Assembly (NCBI GenBank): GCA_016298185.1
Contig: JAEDDA010000003.1
Location: forward strand, 1 to 60,106
From: Bacilli bacterium
GTDB lineage: Bacteria > Bacillota_I > Bacilli_A > RFN20 > CAG-826
Reading direction: 5' to 3'
DNA: 60,106 nucleotides
The position numbers and the translations under genes were made by a program. Positions 18,838 through 26,653 of this stretch are shown here, one piece after another; position 1 is the first letter of the stretch; each line of letters starts with the position of its first letter. The notes beneath the pieces are model-generated. The model did not search any database. It was given only the letters and a program-made list of their open reading frames with translations, and was not told the origin of the DNA.

Positions 18838-19084
18838 CAATATCCATTTTTCTTTTCGGTGCCGTTTAGATTTATTAATCAACAACACCTAATAGCTAAA
18901 AGGCCAAGACATCATTGATTATGTTTTGGGTAATAATAGCTATAAAAATAAAAGAATGTGTGTTTCATATTATTTCTTGTGTATAAGTCTAATACAAAAG
19001 AAAAGAATATATCAACAATTAATTATTAAATAAGGAAAAATACCGAGATAAACATTTATTTTATTAGTAAGCGCTAATCCCGTT

Positions 19085-19122
19085 TTATAAAAAACAAGCA
19101 CCTCTAATGGGTTGCTTGTTTT
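19085..19122 (-). terminator. intrinsic terminator of the TVP38-like gene
   Basis: 10-bp stem AAAACAAGCA / TGCTTGTTTT (plus-strand coordinates 19091-19100 and 19113-19122) overlapping the stop codon. A T-run follows on the minus strand. Confidence 0.7.
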
Positions 19123-19895
19123 AATTCTTTATTGGTTTTTCTTTTCTTAAGATACTTGGTTAACCACTTATCAATCTTTCTTACCAACCAGAATAATAAT
19201 CCTAAGTAGGCTATAATAACCACAAGTAATCTTATATATTCAATAATGTTATTTCCAATAAAGACCCAATTGAATTCTTTAAGATTATTCACTAAGTCTT
19301 GAGGAATGATTTGTAAGCCGAAAACGATAGTGGCGCAGCCAATACCTCTACATAAAACGATTTCCGCGAGGTGGACCCAGAAGTTCATTTTAGTAGCGCC
19401 GCTCACCATACAGATTGCGTCATCAGGGAAGATAGGTAATAAGTACATGACTGGAACATAGACCATACCTTTTTCTTGGACTAAGTCTTTAGCCTCTTCA
19501 TAATCTTCTTTTCCTAATATTTTAATAATGGCTTTATTGCCACCGAATCTTCCGATTAAATCCATGATCACTGAAGTAATAACAACGGAAACAAAACAAA
19601 TAAGGAAGATAACTATCGGTGGATAATAATCAAATGTTGCCACAGATAATAAATCAAAAATCATGCTACAAGCAGGAACAAAAGATAAGAACACAGTGAA
19701 TGAAACACGTAAAAGAATATAAACAATAACGGCCCAACCACCTGTGGATTTGATCCATCCTTTTAACTTATCAGCATCAGTAAAACCAAAATGTCTTAAG
19801 ACAAAATAGATGGCTACACTAATCGCCGCAACGACTAATAAAACCACTAATATTTTTAAATATTTCTTTAATTTTTCCTTACTTGGTAATTTCAT
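19104..19895 (-). CDS. polytopic membrane protein, tentatively TVP38/TMEM64 (DedA-related, VTT domain)
   Basis: Multiple TM helices with the overall pattern (..LIGRFGGNKAI.., ..IFPDDAICMVSGATKM) resembling the VTT domain. The track start at 19931 is TTG. ATG 19895 (MKLPSKEKL) is preferred but uncertain. Confidence 0.5.
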   Translation of the reverse strand: MKLPSKEKLKKYLKILVVLLVVAAISVAIYFVLRHFGFTDADKLKGWIKSTGGWAVIVYILLRVSFTVFLSFVPACSMIFDLLSVATFDYYPPIVIFLICFVSVVITSVIMDLIGRFGGNKAIIKILGKEDYEEAKDLVQEKGMVYVPVMYLLPIFPDDAICMVSGATKMNFWVHLAEIVLCRGIGCATIVFGLQIIPQDLVNNLKEFNWVFIGNNIIEYIRLLVVIIAYLGLLFWLVRKIDKWLTKYLKKRKTNKELKQATH

Positions 19896-20157
19896 GACTC
19901 TCTTATTGTAATCTTTTATATTAAAAAACAAAAATAAAGAAGTATCAACTTATATCATTCCTGACATTATTTAAGGTTCATCTAAGTTATAGTTATTATC
20001 AAAAAAAGAAAATAGTGATGCAGAAGTTTCTTTAAAAAGAAATAAAGGTATAATTGAAGCGGTTCAAGACGGAATCAAAATTAAATTTATTGTTATTTAT
20101 AATAAATATTTAAATATAAATAATGTAGAATTGTATTTGTAATACGAGGTGATTTTT

Positions 20158-21420
20158 ATGGTATTAGATTCTTTATTAACTTTAACTATCGTTAGTTTGA
20201 TTATTTCTCTTATTGTTTTAGTTGTTTTAGTTGTGGTCCTTATAGTTCTTTTAAAAAGAAAACCACAACCCCAAGTGGAACAACAAGCCCCTGTTTTAGA
20301 TTTAAAAGAAATTGGTGCTTTATCTAACCAACTAGATAACCTTTCTAAAGAAATGAAAGGCAATATTGAACTTGCTGTTAGCAAAGAAATGACTAAGACC
20401 TACGAAGTGCTTGGCAAACAATCAAATGAAAATAATGAAAAATTAGATAGATTCAAATCCGGAATTACCGAAGATTTAAATAAGAGATTTGACGCGCTTA
20501 ATGAAGCGATGGTTAATCGTTTAAATGACATCAATAAAAAGGTTGATGAAAAACTTCAAGAAGGTTTTAAAGGCACTTCTGAATCAATGGCGCAAGTAAG
20601 AGAAAGACTCCAAGCTATTGATGATGCGCAAAAGAATATTGAAACATTATCTAAAGATGTTGTTTCTTTAAGAAATGTCTTAGAAGGAAATCAATCCCGC
20701 GGACAATATGGCGAATATCAATTATCCATGGTTTTGCATAATGTCTTTGGTGACACAGTTGGTTGTTATCAAGAACAATACACAATGAAGAAAGTCAAAG
20801 ATGGTGATGATGTTCGCGCTGATGCAGTGGTGTTTATGCCAGAGCCAAACAAGATGATTTGTATCGACTCAAAATTCCCATTCCAAGATTACAATCGTAT
20901 TTTTGAAAGTACAGATAAAGAGGAGATTGAAAAACTCACAAAAGATTTCACCTCTTCAGTGAAAAAACATATCACTGCGATTAAAGATAAATATATCGTT
21001 GAAGGTAAAACTGCGCCTAATGCGATTATGTTTATTCCTAATGATGGTGTCTTTGCGTTTATCTTTCAAAATTGTCAGGATGCTGTCGAATACGCACGTG
21101 CGCAACGTGTTGTGTTGACATCACCAAGTACACTTCCATCTATCTTATACACAATCAATATGGTTCGTATCGAAGTTGAAAGAGCAAAGAATGTCCAAGA
21201 GATTTCTAGACAACTATCCAGACTTGGTAAAGACTTTGAAATGTTTGGTCGAGAATGGGATCAATTCTCATCTCAACTTGAGAAAGCCTCAAATAGCAGA
21301 GAAAAACTCGATAAACGAGTTGGTAAAATTACTTCTAAGTTCGATGCGATTAAAACGAGTAATCCATCAGAACTTACAAGTGAAGATGAACCTCAATTAA
21401 TTGAAGGTGACGATCAATAA
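20158..21420 (+). CDS. rmuC: DNA recombination protein RmuC
   Basis: N-terminal TM helix, coiled coil, then a RmuC core (NQSRGQYGEYQLSMVL...DAVVFMPEPNKMICIDSKFP...IMFIPNDG). ATG 20158 with a GAGGTGA RBS is preferred over the GTG at 20149. Confidence 0.85.
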   Translation: MVLDSLLTLTIVSLIISLIVLVVLVVVLIVLLKRKPQPQVEQQAPVLDLKEIGALSNQLDNLSKEMKGNIELAVSKEMTKTYEVLGKQSNENNEKLDRFKSGITEDLNKRFDALNEAMVNRLNDINKKVDEKLQEGFKGTSESMAQVRERLQAIDDAQKNIETLSKDVVSLRNVLEGNQSRGQYGEYQLSMVLHNVFGDTVGCYQEQYTMKKVKDGDDVRADAVVFMPEPNKMICIDSKFPFQDYNRIFESTDKEEIEKLTKDFTSSVKKHITAIKDKYIVEGKTAPNAIMFIPNDGVFAFIFQNCQDAVEYARAQRVVLTSPSTLPSILYTINMVRIEVERAKNVQEISRQLSRLGKDFEMFGREWDQFSSQLEKASNSREKLDKRVGKITSKFDAIKTSNPSELTSEDEPQLIEGDDQ

Positions 21421-21445
21421 GAAGTGCTTATTAGCACTTCTTTTT
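21421..21445. terminator. bidirectional terminator between convergent genes
   Basis: GAAGTGCT-tatt-AGCACTTC followed by TTTTT. It lies between the rmuC stop and the DUF1846 stop. Confidence 0.85.
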
Positions 21446-22931
21446 ATCCTTTGAAATATAATTTCTTTTTGTGATTTACTGGTTCTTCAGTGACATTAAT
21501 ACCCAAGGCTTTTAATGTGCTTCTTTCAACCTCGGAAAGGATGGTACTGCTGTGGAGTTCTAATCCTTTTAATTTTGGAAGTTGTTTTAACGCTAATTCA
21601 GCAAGTGGATTAGTGATAGCTTGAATTGATAGAGCGATAAGAACTTCTTGCGCTCTAATGCCAGCGTAGTTTCTATGTAAGTAATTAACTTTTAACGTTA
21701 CGATTGGCTCTATAACACTTGGTGATAATAAGTAGATACTTTTATCAATCTTTGCGAAGTATTTAAGTGTATTGAGTAATAGTGCAGCGGAGGCTCCTAA
21801 TAGTTGAGAACGGTGACCGGTAATAATCTTACCATTTTCAAGTTCAATAGCTTCGCTAGGTTCGTTTTCTTTCTTTTCAATTTCTAATGCTTTTTTAACG
21901 CATTTACGATCAGTTGGTTGAACTCCCGCTTTGTTCATAAGCATTTCCATTTTTTCTAATGCTTCATTTGGAAGTTTGCCGAGGAAGATTTTCAATCTTG
22001 TTTCGTAATATCTTCTGAGGATTTCTTTTTTACTGGCTTCAATGACTTTTTCTTCATCTTTGATGCCAAAACCTACCATATTAACACCCATATCTGTTGG
22101 TGAATGATATGGTGTTTGACCATAGATCTTTTCAAATATTGCCTTGAGCAGTGGGAAGACTTCAACATCTCTATTGTAGTTAACTGTGGTGACACCATAT
22201 TTCTCTAAATGGAAGGGGTCAATCATATTGACGTCGTTTAAATCAATTGTCGCGGCTTCATAAGCTAAGTTAACTGGATGATTTAAAGGTAAATTCCACA
22301 CTGGGAATGTTTCATATTTTGCATATCCTGCGCGGATACCGTTTTTGTTATCTAAATAAATTTGTGATAAACAAGCCGCCATTTTGCCGCTTCCTGGTCC
22401 AGGTGCGGTAACAACCACTAATGGACGAGTGGTTTTTACATATTCATTCTTGCCTAAACCTTCATCGCTAACAATGAGTGGAATGTTATGTGGATAGCCG
22501 TTAATCTTATAGGATTTATAAACATTGATTCCGCTATTCTTGAGTTTTTGTTCAAATTCAAAAATAGAGGAGAAATCTTGATAGAAAGAAATGATTACAG
22601 AAGAGACATATAAACCAACATTATTATATGTATCAATTAATCTAAATACTTCTTCTTGATATGTGATTCCGATATCTCCTCTAACTTTGTTAGAATTGAT
22701 ATCGTTTGCATTCACGACGATGATAATTTCCGCTTTATCTTTGATGCCTAAAAGCATTTGAAGTTTACTATCTGGTTCAAAGCCAGGAAGGACTCTTGAT
22801 GCATGATAGTCATCAAATAATTTGCCGCCAAATTCGAGGTATAATTTGTCACCGAATTTCGAAATACGATCCAAAATATTCTTTCTTTGAATATTTAAAT
22901 ATTTGTTGTTATCAAAGGGTCGCTTTTTCAT
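21444..22931 (-). CDS. DUF1846 / UPF0371 family protein
   Basis: 495 aa. N-terminus FDNNKYLNIQRKNILDRISKFGDKLYLEFGGKLFDDYHASRVLPGFEPD, and VVTAPGPGSGK and YAKYETFPVWNLPLNHPVNLAYEAAT, match my recollection of UPF0371 proteins of Bacillota. Confidence 0.85.
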   Translation of the reverse strand: MKKRPFDNNKYLNIQRKNILDRISKFGDKLYLEFGGKLFDDYHASRVLPGFEPDSKLQMLLGIKDKAEIIIVVNANDINSNKVRGDIGITYQEEVFRLIDTYNNVGLYVSSVIISFYQDFSSIFEFEQKLKNSGINVYKSYKINGYPHNIPLIVSDEGLGKNEYVKTTRPLVVVTAPGPGSGKMAACLSQIYLDNKNGIRAGYAKYETFPVWNLPLNHPVNLAYEAATIDLNDVNMIDPFHLEKYGVTTVNYNRDVEVFPLLKAIFEKIYGQTPYHSPTDMGVNMVGFGIKDEEKVIEASKKEILRRYYETRLKIFLGKLPNEALEKMEMLMNKAGVQPTDRKCVKKALEIEKKENEPSEAIELENGKIITGHRSQLLGASAALLLNTLKYFAKIDKSIYLLSPSVIEPIVTLKVNYLHRNYAGIRAQEVLIALSIQAITNPLAELALKQLPKLKGLELHSSTILSEVERSTLKALGINVTEEPVNHKKKLYFKG

Positions 22932-23018
22932 ATATTAAAAATGATAAATCTTTTTATTTATGTAGAAAATAATAAAGATAGAAAAAATTACAAATATTTG
23001 AGATTATAAATATGTATT

Positions 23019-23246
23019 ATGTGTTTCTTCAGAAAAAAACCAAAAGTTCAAATTCATGGCAAATACTTCGTTGGACAATTTGTCCATTTTAGGTATCGTG
23101 ATGATTTAAAACCAGGATATGTCTATTCTGTTCATTTAGATAAAGATAACAATGTTGTTTATGACATCCAAGTTGGTGGCGAATGCCCTGCGGTGATAGT
23201 AAACATCAAGGAAGAAGAAATAATTATAATTTCTTCCAAAAAATAA
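23019..23246 (+). CDS. hypothetical small protein (75 aa)
   Basis: Open frame only, with no SD. A TATAAA box at 23005-23010 sits 8 nt upstream of the ATG. I recognise no family. Confidence 0.35.
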   Translation: MCFFRKKPKVQIHGKYFVGQFVHFRYRDDLKPGYVYSVHLDKDNNVVYDIQVGGECPAVIVNIKEEEIIIISSKK

Positions 23247-23333
23247 ATAGTAAACAAGATAAAAAATCTCACTAAATCAGTAAACACACGTATATGCTTG
23301 GTATAGAATATCGGTGATACGGAGGATACCTAC

Positions 23334-25016
23334 ATGGTGGATATTAGAAAAGAATACGAAAGATGGGTCAAATGTGCATTAGAAGACCCTGATTTAGTCG
23401 AAGAATTAAAAGACATTTCTAATGATGAAAAGAAAATCGAAGACGCTTTTTATCGTAACTTAGAATTCGGAACTGGTGGACTTAGAGGAGTTATTGGTGC
23501 GGGCACTAATAGAATGAATATCTATATGGTAAGAAAAGCCTCACAAGGTTTAGCTAACTATGTAAATAAGAAATTCCCTAATAATCCAAGTATCGCAGTT
23601 TCTTTTGATTCTAGAATCAAATCTACATTATTCGCTCACATCGCTTCTGAAGTATTCGCCGCGAATGGTATCAAAGTTCATATCTATAAAGAACTTATGC
23701 CAACACCATGTCTTAGTTATGCAGTCAGAGAATTAAATTGCTCCGCAGGTATTATGGTTACAGCCAGCCATAATCCAAGTAAATATAACGGTTATAAGGT
23801 ATATGGTAGTGATGGTTGTCAAATCACCACACAAGCCGCGAGTGATATCTTAAGCGAAATCAATGCTTTAGATGTTTTTGATGATCCAAAACTTGGTGAT
23901 TATGATGCCTTTATTAAAGAAGGAATGATAAATATCATTTCTGATGATTTATATACAAAATTTATCAATAGAGTAAAACAAGAATCATTGCTCGTTGATG
24001 AGAAGTTAGATAAATCAGTGAAGATTATTTATTCTCCACTTCATGGTACAGGTTTAAAACCGGTTACCAGAATTTTGAAAGAATCTGGTTTTAACAACAT
24101 TATCGTGGTTAAAGAACAAGAACAACCAGATGGTAACTTCACAACTTGTCCATATCCAAATCCTGAGATTAGAGAAGCAATGCAAGAAGGAATCCGCTAT
24201 GCGGAAGAGAATAATGCTGACTTATTAATTGCTACTGATCCTGATGCCGATAGAGTGGGCATTGCGATTAAAGATGGCAACGAATATCGTTTATTAACTG
24301 GTAACCAAGTGGGTGTCTTATTATTTGACTATATTTGTTCTTTAAGAATTAAACATAACAAGATGCCTAAGGATCCAATCGCAGTTAAAACCATTGTTAC
24401 TACAGATATGGTGAAGAAAATCGCTGAAAAGTATGGCGTTCAAATTGTGGAAGTATTAACAGGCTTCAAATTTATTGGTGAACAAATTGGTTTATTAGAA
24501 GCTAAAGGTGAAGAAGAAAGATATATCTTTGGTTTTGAAGAAAGCTATGGCTATTTAAGCGGTGGATATGTAAGAGATAAAGATGCAGTTGATGGTGCGT
24601 TTCTAATCGCAGAGATGTTTGCCTATTATAAGCACCAAGGAATCTCTCTAGTTAGTAAACTTAGTGAACTTTATAAAGAATATGGATATTTCTCCAATTA
24701 TTTAGATTCATTTGAATTTGAAGGTTCATCTGGATTCAATAAAATGATGTCCATTATGGAGAAAGTAAGAAATCAAATTACATCCATTGGTAAATATAAG
24801 ATTGTTAATAAGATTGACTATGAAAAAGGCGTTAATGGATTACCAAAGTCCAATGTCTTAAAGTTATTCTTGGATAACGGTACATCAATCGTTGTGCGTC
24901 CTTCTGGAACAGAACCAAAATTAAAAATATATACATCCATTTGCGGTGATAATTTTGAAAATAATGATAAAACATATCAAGAACACATTAATGATGTGAA
25001 GGTGTTGTTAAAATAA
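23334..25016 (+). CDS. phosphosugar mutase (phosphoglucomutase/phosphomannomutase, PgcA-like)
   Basis: 560 aa. Active-site loop TASHNPSKYNGYKVY, metal loop ATDPDADR, sugar-binding GFEESYGY, phosphate loop VRPSGTEPK. GGAGGA RBS. Confidence 0.9.
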   Translation: MVDIRKEYERWVKCALEDPDLVEELKDISNDEKKIEDAFYRNLEFGTGGLRGVIGAGTNRMNIYMVRKASQGLANYVNKKFPNNPSIAVSFDSRIKSTLFAHIASEVFAANGIKVHIYKELMPTPCLSYAVRELNCSAGIMVTASHNPSKYNGYKVYGSDGCQITTQAASDILSEINALDVFDDPKLGDYDAFIKEGMINIISDDLYTKFINRVKQESLLVDEKLDKSVKIIYSPLHGTGLKPVTRILKESGFNNIIVVKEQEQPDGNFTTCPYPNPEIREAMQEGIRYAEENNADLLIATDPDADRVGIAIKDGNEYRLLTGNQVGVLLFDYICSLRIKHNKMPKDPIAVKTIVTTDMVKKIAEKYGVQIVEVLTGFKFIGEQIGLLEAKGEEERYIFGFEESYGYLSGGYVRDKDAVDGAFLIAEMFAYYKHQGISLVSKLSELYKEYGYFSNYLDSFEFEGSSGFNKMMSIMEKVRNQITSIGKYKIVNKIDYEKGVNGLPKSNVLKLFLDNGTSIVVRPSGTEPKLKIYTSICGDNFENNDKTYQEHINDVKVLLK

Positions 25017-25017
25017 T

Positions 25018-25794
25018 ATGAATATTTTGTGTGTTGGTAATTCCTTTGCGGTGGATGCTTCCACCTATGTCCATCAAATCGCTGAAGCAGCGGGATTAGA
25101 TATTAACATCCATGTCTTATATATCGGTGGTTGTCCAATTGATTTGCATTGGAAGAATTTTAATTCTAAAGATAAAGCCTATGAATTCTATGTAAATGGC
25201 AATAGAAATCCCACATTATGGTGTGATATTTTTGAAGGACTTAACTATAAGAAATATGACTATATTACCTTCCAACAAAGAAGTGGTGATTCCGTTGATG
25301 CGAATACATTCTTCCCGGAATTAACTTTGTTAATGGAAGGGATTAGAAAATATAGTGATGCGACATATTTATTGCATAAAACATGGAGTTATTCTAAGAG
25401 TTTCTCCCACGAAAGATATGGATCAAATCCAATGAACCAAAAAGGCATGGATGACGACATCAAAACCGCTTATATTGAGGCATCGAAAAGAAGTGGCATT
25501 CCATACATCATTCCAAGTGGAGAAGCAATTAGATTAGCCAGAGAAAAATACGGCGATGTTCTCGATAGAGATGGATATCATCTCAACGAGACGGGAAGAA
25601 CATTAACTGGTATTTTATGGGTCTTCTATTTAACTGGAAGAACTGACTTAGATATATCAAGTTTTGTTCCATCAGGACATAGTTATGATGATGTCACCAC
25701 TGGTGTTAATAAAGAAACAGTTAAAGAACTAGTGAAAATCGCTAAAAAAGCACTAGAAAACAATAAAGGATATAACTTATATGGCAAGATGTGA
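25018..25794 (+). CDS. SGNH-like hydrolase-fold protein (DUF4886-like)
   Basis: N-terminal ILCVGNSFAVDA (block I-like Ser). DRDGYHLNETG near the C-terminus is a DxxH-like block. Coupled to the genes on both sides. Confidence 0.6.
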   Translation: MNILCVGNSFAVDASTYVHQIAEAAGLDINIHVLYIGGCPIDLHWKNFNSKDKAYEFYVNGNRNPTLWCDIFEGLNYKKYDYITFQQRSGDSVDANTFFPELTLLMEGIRKYSDATYLLHKTWSYSKSFSHERYGSNPMNQKGMDDDIKTAYIEASKRSGIPYIIPSGEAIRLAREKYGDVLDRDGYHLNETGRTLTGILWVFYLTGRTDLDISSFVPSGHSYDDVTTGVNKETVKELVKIAKKALENNKGYNLYGKM

Positions 25795-26407
25795 AAAATT
25801 AGAATTTAAAGGAATTCATTACTTATTTTATTATCCAAAGAACTATGTAGAAGGCAAAAAATATCCTGTGATGTTTCACCTTCATGGTGCGGGTTCTCGT
25901 GGTACAAACTTTGATAACTTTAAAGGATCAGTTATTTTAAATGCTTTAGATAGAGAAGATTCAGCGTTATCTAATGGTTTTTGCGTGTTCCCGCAATGCC
26001 ATAAAGAAACTTGGTTTGATATTTGGGATAATTTATTAGGATTAGTTAAAGAAATCTATAACAGAAAAGATGTTGATAAATCAAACTTCAATGCTTCTGG
26101 TATATCTATGGGCGGATATGGCATTTATCAAGTGATGATGTGTCTGCCTGAATTATTCCACAAGGCCATCGTTTGTTGTGGTGGTGGAATGTATTGGAAT
26201 AGCGGTGCGATTAAAAACATCAAATTTAGAATCTTCCATGGAGAACAAGACACAACAGTTTTCCCAGAAGAATCTAGAAGAATGTTTGCAAGACTTAAAG
26301 AAGCTTGCGCGGATGTCACTTTAACCATTTATCCAGAATGTGATCACAACTGTTGGGAAGCCACTTATGGCAACTACGATAATCTCAAATGGTTGTTTGA
26401 AAAATAA
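25781..26407 (+). CDS. alpha/beta-hydrolase esterase
   Basis: GISMGGYG nucleophile elbow, HGEQDTTV (Asp) and ECDHNCW (His) give a plausible triad. 14-nt overlap with the upstream gene. Confidence 0.7.
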   Translation: MARCEKLEFKGIHYLFYYPKNYVEGKKYPVMFHLHGAGSRGTNFDNFKGSVILNALDREDSALSNGFCVFPQCHKETWFDIWDNLLGLVKEIYNRKDVDKSNFNASGISMGGYGIYQVMMCLPELFHKAIVCCGGGMYWNSGAIKNIKFRIFHGEQDTTVFPEESRRMFARLKEACADVTLTIYPECDHNCWEATYGNYDNLKWLFEK

Positions 26408-26497
26408 TATAAAAATTATTATAAGGATTTAATATGGGCGTATTATCACGATGCGTCCTTATTTGTTTGAGCCAGTCCTGCAAAGGCTGAGAGAGTT

Positions 26498-26529
26498 AAA
26501 TATCCCAGATACTTTGTTGGATATTTTTT
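26498..26529 (+). terminator. intrinsic terminator of the mutase-esterase operon
   Basis: AAATATCC (26498-26505), 13-nt loop, GGATATTT (26519-26526), then a T-run. Confidence 0.75.
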
Positions 26530-26599
26530 ATATGTAAACAAATGGTAACAAATAATAAACAAACTTAAATGTTTACTTAAAAATGAAATAGTTTACTAA

Positions 26600-26627
26600 T
26601 TTACAGCATTCAAATAGACTAGATAAT
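26600..26627 (+). promoter_or_regulatory. candidate promoter of the glycan utilisation operon
   Basis: TTTACA (26600-26605), 16-nt spacer, GATAAT (26622-26627). The TGAGGT RBS is at 26641. Confidence 0.4.
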
Positions 26628-26653
26628 GTAATTATTTAGTTGAGGTACAATAT

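Noticed and set aside
18777-18960. Calling the ABC-operon leader a T-box riboswitch.
   Set aside because: The leader is short for a T-box. TTTGGTGCTAAC is only a poor match to the conserved GGGTGGTACCGCG T-box sequence, and I see no stem I, specifier loop or GA motif. It is reported only as an unclassified attenuator candidate.
20097-20384. 95-aa minus-strand ORF overlapping the rmuC start region.
   Set aside because: It mirrors the hydrophobic, low-complexity N-terminal TM-coding region of rmuC and has no RBS.
20158-22931. rmuC plus DUF1846 as a two-gene system.
   Set aside because: The genes are convergent and separated by a bidirectional terminator, so nothing indicates co-regulation.
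23249-23286. AGTAAACA direct repeats (23249 and 23279) upstream of the mutase gene as evidence for a shared regulon with the glycan locus.
   Set aside because: The same 8-mer also occurs upstream of rnfC (46103-46110). A 7-8-mer this A/T-rich is expected many times by chance in 60 kb. It is kept only as a caveat in the operator finding.
26408-26497. A possible small RNA or structured element (AAGGA...TCCTT, AGCC...GGCT) between the esterase gene and the terminator at 26498.
   Set aside because: Only 4-5-bp stems with large loops could be drawn, which is not distinguishable from chance.
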